The notes under the pieces were generated by a model. That model was given only the letters and a program-made list of their open reading frames with translations. It was not told the origin of the DNA and ran no database searches. Shown one piece after another: positions 1 to 8,361 of a stretch of 64,000 nt of DNA. The position numbers and the translations under genes were made by a program. Origin of the DNA: an uncultured archaeon (GTDB lineage: Archaea; Asgardarchaeota; Thorarchaeia; Thorarchaeales; Thorarchaeaceae); contig CAZLEV010000006.1 in assembly GCA_964558645.1 (NCBI GenBank), positions 1 to 64,000 of the forward strand. The letters run 5' to 3'. How positions within the stretch are numbered: the first letter of the stretch is position 1; each line of letters starts with the position of its first letter.

Positions 1-821
1 TCGTGAGCACAGAGTAGAACTCCAGATCCCCTTCCTCCCGCCAACTCGAGAGATGATAGACGATGCCTTGGGTGAACGGCAGTACAATAGGAGAGCCGGT
101 GCCGACCGAGGCATCCGTGTGCCCATCGTGCTCTCGGTGAGAGATGGACGTGATGGGTACGTTGATGAGCTTATCTCTCTTGAAGGGCTAGTCGAGAAGA
201 GGGACCTTCTCCGACAGCAGACCCGGTATCTCACATCCAGAGTGACCCTGATGCGGAACAACTGGGAGAAGAAGCACGGTGAGGACAATCCGCGACCCGG
301 GCATCTGATGAAGAAGGAGCGTCGTCTTGCCGCCATCTGGCGGAAGATTCGCAGGCTGGACAGGGAGATAGCCCGACAGATTGCCTCACACGTCGTCTGG
401 TTCTGTGAGCGCCACGGGGTCAAGACCCTGTATCTGGAGAACCTGAAGAACTACCAGCCGCCCAGAGGGTATGGCACTCATTCATGGAGATTGTCGAGCA
501 ATCTCTGGTCCAAGGTGCTTGAAACCATTCGGTACATGCGACAGACCCTTGGCCACCGCTACGGTGGGATCTGGACGGTGAGCCCGGCGTGGACCTCCCA
601 GACCTGCCACGTCTGTGGGGGGCGGGGAGTCCGGGTGGAGCATGAGAGTTCCACGAGGGAGAGAAGGGGTGGGGAGTACTTCTACTGTGGGAGGTGTGAT
701 GAGCACTTCCATGCCGATGTGAATGCGGCACGAAACATCATTCACGTGCAAGATCGCCAGTCCAGTGCCGTTGCTGGACGGACATGAGTCTTTCCAACTT
801 TGTCCAACTAACAATCAACGG
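1..821 (+). mobile_element. Right part of an IS200/IS605- or IS607-type element
   Basis: tnpB followed by ~32 nt containing repeated CAAC motifs (795, 805, 816), then GG at 820-821 where an HDAC reading frame resumes mid-domain; visibly GC-richer than flanks. Confidence 0.75.
2..787 (+). CDS. tnpB: TnpB-like RNA-guided endonuclease (RuvC + Zn ribbon), 5' truncated by the window edge
   Basis: RuvC-I GADRG, RuvC-II LENLK, Zn finger CHVC...CGRC, RuvC-III HADVNAARNI; frame stays open upstream of the ATG at 53 back to position 2. Confidence 0.92.
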   Translation, partial: REHRVELQIPFLPPTREMIDDALGERQYNRRAGADRGIRVPIVLSVRDGRDGYVDELISLEGLVEKRDLLRQQTRYLTSRVTLMRNNWEKKHGEDNPRPGHLMKKERRLAAIWRKIRRLDREIARQIASHVVWFCERHGVKTLYLENLKNYQPPRGYGTHSWRLSSNLWSKVLETIRYMRQTLGHRYGGIWTVSPAWTSQTCHVCGGRGVRVEHESSTRERRGGEYFYCGRCDEHFHADVNAARNIIHVQDRQSSAVAGRT

Positions 822-1251
822 CTTCTGTTACTTCTGCAATATGGCAGTGGCTCTCCTGGCTCTGAAGACAGCGGGTATGATAGAGAGGGCCTTTGTCTTG
901 GACTTCGACCTTCATCACGGGGATGGCAATGTTGACATTCTCTCAAGGCACGATGGCTTTGAAATCTACAATCCACGCGGTCGGGGCGACGAGGAGTATT
1001 TGGCCGACGTTGAACGGTTCATGGAGGTTATGCCAGATGTGGACATCATCTCTGCCTCAGCTGGATTCGATCAGTATGAGCACGATTGGGGAGGAAATCT
1101 CTCAACAGAGGCCTTTGGGGAGATCGGGAGAATCATCAAGCGTCATGCATTGGAGAGATGCAACGGAAGACGATTCGCACTGCTGGAGGGCGGCTACAAT
1201 CATGCCGATCTTGGAGTGAATGTCCGAGCATTCTGCGATGGACTTCGCTAG
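820..1251 (+). pseudogene. C-terminal half of a histone deacetylase (HDAC/AcuC) family gene interrupted by the IS
   Basis: GFCYFCNMA, DFDLHHGDG, SAGFD and LEGGY motifs; the catalytic GHH segment that normally precedes GFC is replaced by IS sequence. Confidence 0.85.
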
Positions 1252-1314
1252 ATTGAAGATTCTGATTCATCCGACTTTATTACGTATCCGGAGGGACTCA
1301 TAATAGGTGATCAA

Positions 1315-1566
1315 TTGGTGCTGGTCTTCATACTGAGTCCCCTCTCAGACTTTGCAGCCCTCATAGCGGGCTATCTCAGAGAGATATGGGGATTCCTGAT
1401 CTTCATCGGTACCGCGTCGGCCGTCCTTGTGGTACTTGCCGGTGCGATTCTGTGGTTCACTAATGCCAACATAAAGTGGGGAAGAAGCCTCGTATTCAGC
1501 GGGATAGTCCTCGCCATTGTTGTTGAGTATTTCATTCTCTTTCCGCCCAGCTTCGTCATCACGTAG
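1315..1566 (+). CDS. Small two-TM membrane protein, VirB2/CedA1 pilin-like pattern
   Basis: 83 aa; two hydrophobic helices joined by a KWGRSL loop; AGGTGA RBS upstream. Confidence 0.55.
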   Translation: MVLVFILSPLSDFAALIAGYLREIWGFLIFIGTASAVLVVLAGAILWFTNANIKWGRSLVFSGIVLAIVVEYFILFPPSFVIT

Positions 1567-1670
1567 GTTCAACGATGAAACACGGCTCCTCTACGACAAG
1601 AGTGTCTTTGCCCAGTTCTGTTGTTGTCCCGCGGAAAGCTTTATGACTGCACGCGTTCGACCCAAGAACA

Positions 1671-1779
1671 GGGCCCGTTGCCTAGTCCGGATAGGGCGCT
1701 AGCCTTCTATCGGCCCTGCACTTCGCGGGTCGGTAAAGAGAGTTAGAGGTCGAGAGTTCGAATCTCTCCGGGCCCGCCA
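1671..1779 (+). tRNA. tRNA-Arg(TCT) with a 31-nt intron at 37/38 (1710-1740), CCA encoded
   Basis: GGGCCC/GGGCCC acceptor ends, anticodon stem CTAGC/GTTAG, T arm GAGAG-TTCGAAT-CTCTC; BRE/TATA-like GAAAGCTTTATGA at ~1634. Confidence 0.92.
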
Positions 1780-2524
1780 TCTCTTTACAAGTAGAATGCA
1801 AGAAAGTCATCCCATAGCCCGCTCCGGTCGTGTTACATCAAAACAAGAATCAGACCTAAATCCAAGAAACTAGCTCTGAGTATGTAAACTGTCTGCTCAA
1901 GAATTGGAATTAGGCATGCCATTTCTCTAGGTACTATTAGATACCGTAGGAGTACAGTCAGAGTGTCTGTAGCTGTGACACATGCGAAGACTGCAAATCT
2001 CAACGAGATGATTAGACTCTATCTGACTGCTCCTCTAAATGATGCCGACGGGAGCGATTCTTTCGTGCGTTTCTCCTAGAAATTCCTGGGTTCATATGTA
2101 GTTTCGGTGGGTCACTCTTGGTCATGTCAAAACGACGACTAGTGATTGGTGCGTCCGGAGTAGGGTGAAGTTTACCCTAAAAGCCAATCCGTTCTATCAT
2201 CAAGACAACGAGGCATAGAGTAATTGCTGTACTGATATCTGATGTGTTAGTAGTATCTTTCTGAAGCATTGCCTAGCTGTGAAGACAGCAATACAACTCC
2301 GACATCTGAAGTAGAAAACGGTTACTATTCTAAGATTCCTACCACTCAAGATAAATTGAGGATATAATTCCTCATCCTGTTGCTTTGCCATTCACGTGCC
2401 GATTAGCTAGAAACGAGATTGGTCATACCATATCTTCAATCATCTAATATCCGGACCATAGCTTCCGTTTCTCCGTAACTCGTCTTTGAGCTTAGACTGA
2501 TTCACAGAATCGCATTTCTTTTCA

Positions 2525-3343
2525 TTAGGTTTCGGAGATAGACAGTTCGTTTAGCACCTGATGATAGATATCGTTCCCCAAACGCATAATTTCATTGCTC
2601 TTGTTTGCAAGGGCCTTGTAAGATTCTGCGGGATACTTGACTGAACATCTACCACATGTTTCAAACCGAATTACTGGCTCTAGTGTTTCTAGTCCTCTGT
2701 GTGCAAGTCTGTCATAAGCATTATAGATTGGCTTTGATATAGTTCCGAGCATAGTAGCAATCCATTTTCGAAGAGGCTCCTTGATTCTGTGTCTTAGAGC
2801 AAAGGTCATTACAAAGTAAAAAGTCTTCAGGCAATTAATGGTCAGAGCACTTGCGTATTCAAAATATGCTTTCTTACAAGCAAGCAAGAACACCTCATCA
2901 ATCTCATCAAGCCGTTTCTCAAGTGCCATTCTAAGTAATTCATTCCTAAGGGGGAAGCCATTTCTAATATCGCAGCCCATCAATAGAATTCCTGACGAGA
3001 GTCTTGTCCAAACCGCAAAATGCTGGTCAGAGCGATAAGCATTACTCATCTCTGGCATTGTAAGGCATTTGAGGTCGAAACGGAAATTATGGTTCGGGGG
3101 GCTCGATGCGTGGGTTCTTCGAAGCCACCCCTTCATCATTGCCCGTGTTTCTACTGTGGGCTTGCCATCATCAATCATGGCAAGCAAATCGATATCACTT
3201 GAAGAATCTGCAGTTTTCAGAGCCCATGATCCTGTCAGATAGATAGCTCTGCAATCTCGTGCAAATCCCTCGGATAGGAATGCTCTTATTGGAGTAGTTA
3301 CAAATAATGGAAGATTTAGAGTTGATTCGAGCAAGAATATCAC
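2525..3343 (-). CDS. Pol-beta superfamily nucleotidyltransferase with a helical C-terminal domain
   Basis: hGS-x-SDIDL motif (LTGSWALKTADSSSDIDLL). Confidence 0.75.
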   Translation of the reverse strand: MIFLLESTLNLPLFVTTPIRAFLSEGFARDCRAIYLTGSWALKTADSSSDIDLLAMIDDGKPTVETRAMMKGWLRRTHASSPPNHNFRFDLKCLTMPEMSNAYRSDQHFAVWTRLSSGILLMGCDIRNGFPLRNELLRMALEKRLDEIDEVFLLACKKAYFEYASALTINCLKTFYFVMTFALRHRIKEPLRKWIATMLGTISKPIYNAYDRLAHRGLETLEPVIRFETCGRCSVKYPAESYKALANKSNEIMRLGNDIYHQVLNELSISET

Positions 3344-3426
3344 CTCGTATGTCCAGTTTCTATGTAAAGAACAACTCCCAATGCGATGATGAACCCCCAG
3401 TTGAAACGATGCCTACTATTAACATA

Positions 3427-5235
3427 CTATGAAAGCATGAAAACATGCATTGAGAAATCGTAACTTCCTCCGTGTGTATAGATGCTGCCGTGTGTGACTT
3501 TGATGTAATACCAGTCAATCCCCTCCCAGCAGCAGTATTCTCCGATATTCATTCCACCGAGATTCATGTATATGATTCTAACTCCAGACGAATCATACAC
3601 CTCAATAACAGCATCTAACGATCCATGAAATACCAATGGAGTGACCCAGAGTTCGACATGAGTAGATGGCTCAGTTAGGAGGACTGAATAATAGTCAACA
3701 TCCGTATAGGGATGCCCTGAAATACCCCAAAGGCCTTCCTCCATGTTCAGGAACCACAAGCCATCCAGAGGATTGGGGCCAGGACCAGATCCTAGATAGA
3801 AAGCACTGTCCATTGAATTTCCAGGCAAATCGTCCTTTGGTAGATACAAGCTCGTGTCCCCTCCAATCCGAGCTCTTACTTGAGTGTCCGAGTTGACCTT
3901 ACTGTATGCGTATTGGAAACACGCCTGGAAACTATATCCATTGACTGCACAATCAAAGAAAGAAACCGTGAATATCTGTGCCTGATATCTATCGATAGAT
4001 TTTTTCCAACCAAAGACACATTTTGCTCCATTATCAAGGAACCCCTGGCAGAGGTTCTTCTCGACATCTACATACATATCTCCACCTAACCAATACTGAT
4101 CGGCATAGCTATAACAGCTACAAACATGCGCAAGCCTGATTGTACTTAGGTCCTCAGGTAGATGTCTGGGCAACATCAACCCCGTTGTGGTAGTGATTCC
4201 AGTATACCATTTGTCATTCTCTTTGACGCCATCACCATGGCCAATATAGCTGAATACTTCTTCACATACAAGTGCGTCTGCGATAGACGCAATGGATTGG
4301 TCTTCATAATAATGCGCTGAACCTCCATGTGAGTAGGATAGAGCGGTTTTCATTCTATCATATATCGAATCTGCAGTGGCATAGGATGTTGGGTCGATGG
4401 GATCATAGACAAAGACATCTTTGTTATCAGTAATCTTCAAATCCTCAGACACGTAAATCAATTCGGACGTCGCAGCATCAATCCAATACTCAGATGTATC
4501 AGTAGAAATGTTCCATATAAGATGTTGATTGACTTCATGATTGATTATCCGTAAGTTTGCAGCAGCATTAGTTAAACTGAGTTCTTTACCTGTTATATTC
4601 CTAATAAGGTGAAAGGCGTCCTCCCTCAAGACCGCAGGAGTCCTAGATACTGTGATTTCAGTCCATTGCTTTGAGAAGCAACAGATAAATGTCCCTTCCG
4701 AATCCAGCATGACTCTGCAATAATCATCTACTATTACTATGTCATCAGAAACATGCATCCATTCGACGACCCATCCGAGAGAATCTCTTCGAACATGTTT
4801 CAGTACGGCATCTTCAGGAAATGAAAAATGACCATCATTCTCAAGAGAAGTCAGATACATCTGTACATTGCGCTGTAAGGATTCATTGGATTGTACATTC
4901 TTCCCGACATGAATCATGTTCCACCCTATTGGGAGAACTAGCGAGAAAACCTCCAAGCGGATTGGATCGTACTCGATTTCTATCAAGCTACGGTCAGGTG
5001 TAATCCATCGTTTCAGCCAATGCATGTGGTCCTCGACAGAATTCTTGGATCCCGAATAAGTCACGGTGGCATTAATAGGAGAACCTATCAGACTCTTGAT
5101 TAGTGAATCACCTGCAAGTGAATGTGTATTCTGAATGGGGAATTGACTGGATGCTTCATTAGTTGACGGGACAATTACTATGAAAGAACATACTAGGTAA
5201 ATGCACAATAGCCCAACTACTACTCCCTTACCCAT
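3427..5235 (-). CDS. Secreted multidomain protein: PepSY-like region, clan CD (gingipain/caspase-fold) peptidase-like domain, C-terminal PPC-like domain
   Basis: N-terminal signal peptide; YWIDAAT (PepSY-like); FSYIGHG and HVCSCYS (His/Cys dyad pattern); DVDYYSV...DAVIEVYDSSG (PPC-like). Confidence 0.55.
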   Translation of the reverse strand: MGKGVVVGLLCIYLVCSFIVIVPSTNEASSQFPIQNTHSLAGDSLIKSLIGSPINATVTYSGSKNSVEDHMHWLKRWITPDRSLIEIEYDPIRLEVFSLVLPIGWNMIHVGKNVQSNESLQRNVQMYLTSLENDGHFSFPEDAVLKHVRRDSLGWVVEWMHVSDDIVIVDDYCRVMLDSEGTFICCFSKQWTEITVSRTPAVLREDAFHLIRNITGKELSLTNAAANLRIINHEVNQHLIWNISTDTSEYWIDAATSELIYVSEDLKITDNKDVFVYDPIDPTSYATADSIYDRMKTALSYSHGGSAHYYEDQSIASIADALVCEEVFSYIGHGDGVKENDKWYTGITTTTGLMLPRHLPEDLSTIRLAHVCSCYSYADQYWLGGDMYVDVEKNLCQGFLDNGAKCVFGWKKSIDRYQAQIFTVSFFDCAVNGYSFQACFQYAYSKVNSDTQVRARIGGDTSLYLPKDDLPGNSMDSAFYLGSGPGPNPLDGLWFLNMEEGLWGISGHPYTDVDYYSVLLTEPSTHVELWVTPLVFHGSLDAVIEVYDSSGVRIIYMNLGGMNIGEYCCWEGIDWYYIKVTHGSIYTHGGSYDFSMHVFMLS

Positions 5236-5311
5236 AGCCTCACCATCTTTAGATTATTCAAGAAGTATTTAAATACTTCCATTAGAATATGATTAGCGAG
5301 TAGTCAGGTGG

Positions 5312-7168
5312 ATGGAGAAATCCAGACGAGATATGGGTGGTGTAGTAATGAAAGCCAGCAGGGTCTTCATGATAGTCTTGTTATTCTGCGTATCGTCATG
5401 TCCATATCCATGCATCAATGATATGTCTGTTGAAGGCAATGCAATTCAGGGGCCGTTCATAGATCAAATCGAATCACGCACCTATACGACTCTTTCAGAT
5501 GAGGTCTATGCACTGCTTGATGATGAGATAGACCTTATTGGGGAGTCTCTAGACCCACAGATTCTTGAACAACTTCAGGGTGCCCAGAACATAGGACTTG
5601 CCAACGACTCTGAGAATGGCTACGCTTTCTTCTTGTTCAATTGTGACAAATATCCGTTGAACATGACAGTCTTACGCCGAGCAATAGCTTTCGCCTTTGA
5701 TAAGCAAGAGGTCGTTACGGGGATATGGAAGGAATACGCACAACCGTTGGACGCTCCGGTTCCTCGTATCAACCCTTGTTGTGCTGAAGACAGCCTTCCA
5801 TTCCATTATTACGAAGGGGAGGTCGAGTTGGCTAATGGCATGCTCGACGAAGCAGGTTTCGAGTTCAACAAGAACACCGGTTTCAGAATGGCCCCAAATG
5901 GCGAATCGTTTAGCCTCCTCATTGAAGTGCCGGTTTCATCTGAAACACAACTCCTTGTCGGGGAGTCTATGGAAGAAACAATGCAGTTACTTCATTTGAA
6001 CGTGAGTTGCCAATCCGTGGATCCATATGAATTGAGTTGCGAGTGCGCTTGGAATGACTTTGATATCCGTCTGTTGGAAAATAGATTCGCGAACATGGAT
6101 CTGGATTGGATGGCACATGATCTCTGGCATGATACCATCAGACATCCACGAATAGGGTTTGCAGGTTTCAGCAACGCATCCTATGAATCGCTTGGGACCG
6201 AACTGCTCAATGGACCAAGCTTCGATGATATATGCCAAATAGCTGTGGAAATGCAGAAGATACTGGTTGCCGAATGCCCGATAATAGTAGCTTATGAAAG
6301 AACGTACATCTCGGCATTCAGGACTGACAAGTTCAAGGAGTTTCCATCTTCTATCCACATGGGGACCTCATCATGGTGGACCAGCTATTTGGTGAAACTT
6401 GACGAGTCGATGGGGGGTCCGTTCGGCGGAACGTTGAGAAGAAGCGAGTCGAACAAGATTGATACCTTCAATTTCATGACAACCACGTCGCATCATGCGA
6501 GCAACATTCTCAAATTGTGCTATGACTCTCTTATGCGGCAAGACCGGTACGGCAACGATGTCCCTTGGCTAATTACCGACTACACAGTCATTACACATTT
6601 GGATGACACTTCAATCCCGGAAGGGCACGAACGGTTTGCGTTTGACTTGATTACAAACGCATCTTGGACGGATGGTCAACCTCTCACGGCTGAAGATGTT
6701 GCATTCTCGTTGAAATACTACAGGGACGCTCCCGGTCATCCCTGCGCAAGTAGCTTGGACTGTCTCGTCGATGCATACGCGGAAACTCAGTACACATGCA
6801 TTGCAGAGTTTGATCATGAATCATACTGGAACCTCCACGCAATAGTGTACAAGTCAGTGTTACCACGACATGTGTTCAGCGAGATTGGTGTGGATGGATG
6901 GGCTATGTGGAATCCACAGCCTGCCGTTGAGCCAATAGTGACTTCTGGTCCGTTTACAATCATGGAACACTCTGTTGATGAACTCTGTGAACTTCAGTGG
7001 AACTCGAATTACTTCTTTAGTCCAAATAGAACATCATCAGCTACTCCCCCTACCACAACCGAACTGCCCTCTTACCCAATAGAGATACTCATCATTGCAG
7101 GAGGAGCTGTAGTTGTAATCATAGGAAGCGTCGCTCTCTCAGCAAGAAGACGGAAACCCGATTTGTAG
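5312..7168 (+). CDS. Family 5 ABC substrate-binding protein (peptide/Ni type), C-terminally anchored
   Basis: LRRAIAFAFDK, WTDGQPLTAEDVAFS, TSGPF; Thr/Pro linker, TM helix and basic tail. Confidence 0.88.
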   Translation: MEKSRRDMGGVVMKASRVFMIVLLFCVSSCPYPCINDMSVEGNAIQGPFIDQIESRTYTTLSDEVYALLDDEIDLIGESLDPQILEQLQGAQNIGLANDSENGYAFFLFNCDKYPLNMTVLRRAIAFAFDKQEVVTGIWKEYAQPLDAPVPRINPCCAEDSLPFHYYEGEVELANGMLDEAGFEFNKNTGFRMAPNGESFSLLIEVPVSSETQLLVGESMEETMQLLHLNVSCQSVDPYELSCECAWNDFDIRLLENRFANMDLDWMAHDLWHDTIRHPRIGFAGFSNASYESLGTELLNGPSFDDICQIAVEMQKILVAECPIIVAYERTYISAFRTDKFKEFPSSIHMGTSSWWTSYLVKLDESMGGPFGGTLRRSESNKIDTFNFMTTTSHHASNILKLCYDSLMRQDRYGNDVPWLITDYTVITHLDDTSIPEGHERFAFDLITNASWTDGQPLTAEDVAFSLKYYRDAPGHPCASSLDCLVDAYAETQYTCIAEFDHESYWNLHAIVYKSVLPRHVFSEIGVDGWAMWNPQPAVEPIVTSGPFTIMEHSVDELCELQWNSNYFFSPNRTSSATPPTTTELPSYPIEILIIAGGAVVVIIGSVALSARRRKPDL

Positions 7169-7228
7169 GAGTAAACTACTGTAAAGGACTTTTACAGGAA
7201 GGTCACAAGTAAGGACACTCCAACTCAT

Positions 7229-7513
7229 TTGGGAACACTGTTTCTGACAAACAATGGTCTAATCGGGTCAAAAGTAACGAAGTGTATGCGGGTAGGAATC
7301 CTCAAGAAATTTGGGGACCCTGAGATTGGTTATGCTGTCGCTTGCCATTTCGACTTTTTGAATGCCCAGTACATCAGTAAGAACTTTCGGCTCACTAGGA
7401 CTAAGACTCTTATGGAAGGGAACGAAATGTGTGACTTCTGCTGGCATGATACTGAGATCAGCAAAGAAATGAACCGTCGTCTGAAGGGCTTCTGGAAGAA
7501 ACTAGATGAATAG
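7229..7513 (+). pseudogene. ATC-hydrolase-like family fragment
   Basis: C-terminal motif ACHFD...LTRTKTLMEGNEMCDFCW; N-terminal half absent. Confidence 0.6.
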
Positions 7514-7540
7514 ACAGTGGTGGTCCCTCTCTAAACGCTA

Positions 7541-8320
7541 GTGGATGTCTTGATGAATCTCAGGGGAGTACAACGAACTGAGTTTTTTTCTCATTCTCGC
7601 TGTCCTACGAGAAGGGTACAGCAGGCAATACAGCACGCTCTGGACAATTGGCTGATTGACAAGGTAATCGACTATCCACTGAACAGTGAGGGAAAAGAAG
7701 TCGGGCGGCTGACATGGTTCTTGTGCCCACTCTCAGAGGAAGAGTCTGACTTCTTGAAGAATCTCCCAGATATCGAGAAGACCGTCTTGAAGATTCTCAG
7801 AGAACGAGAAACTGAGTATGGACTTGGGACCATGAGCGAAGAGGATCTCTTGCTACGTCTTGAAGAGCTCGGTTTTGAGGCCGACTATGTTCCCATAATT
7901 GAGGATAGAGTGTCCGATTTCTACGAGCCAGAGAACGATGAACTCATTGCATGGTACTACCTAGTTCCCAGATTTGAACGGACACCTGAATTCAAGAAGA
8001 CAATGAAGGAACTCGACAAGTTATCGTTGCGAAAGGAACTCCGATATGAACGCGAAAGCCGAGCTCGCTGCATGTGTGCGATTTCCCTGTTCCTGCTGCT
8101 AATCGGACGGGGCTTCATGAACGATACAATAGAACTTCGAATCCAGCCGGGCCCGCCATACATTCTAGGTCTCACTACCTTCAAACGTAGAGTCGTACCG
8201 AAGACAGTGAAGGCAGAGGGAGCACTGGCGGACGGAACGCAATGCACCCGCTGCAACACACTGGGGATCTCCGATCTGAGCACAACAGGCATAGACACCG
8301 TGCAGGTTAACGATACTTGA
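7541..8320 (+). CDS. Hypothetical protein; the last ~80 codons probably run through the att-like site
   Basis: Acidic globular-looking core followed by a tail overlapping the tRNA fragment. Confidence 0.45.
   Translation: MDVLMNLRGVQRTEFFSHSRCPTRRVQQAIQHALDNWLIDKVIDYPLNSEGKEVGRLTWFLCPLSEEESDFLKNLPDIEKTVLKILRERETEYGLGTMSEEDLLLRLEELGFEADYVPIIEDRVSDFYEPENDELIAWYYLVPRFERTPEFKKTMKELDKLSLRKELRYERESRARCMCAISLFLLLIGRGFMNDTIELRIQPGPPYILGLTTFKRRVVPKTVKAEGALADGTQCTRCNTLGISDLSTTGIDTVQVNDT
8136..8159 (+). repeat. tRNA 3'-end fragment (attR-like)
   Basis: T-loop, 3' T-stem, acceptor strand and CCA without a 5' tRNA half. Confidence 0.7.
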
Positions 8321-8361
8321 TATTGAAGACTAGCGAAGGAAGTCGTGGAAGGACGGCTAAT

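Larger units (their letters stand above)
1757..8159. mobile_element. Decayed tRNA-anchored genomic island flanked by att-like direct repeats
   Basis: TTCGAATCTCTCCGGGCCCGCCAT (1757-1780) vs TTCGAATCCAGCCGGGCCCGCCAT (8136-8159), 21/24 identical; AT-richer cargo with gene fragments; no integrase seen. Confidence 0.65.

Noticed and set aside
1780-2520. Possible integrase remnant next to tRNA-Arg
   Set aside because: No tyrosine- or serine-recombinase motifs recognisable by eye; only short ORFs
3385-3425. GATGATGA C-box-like word
   Set aside because: No suitably spaced D'/D boxes or terminal stem
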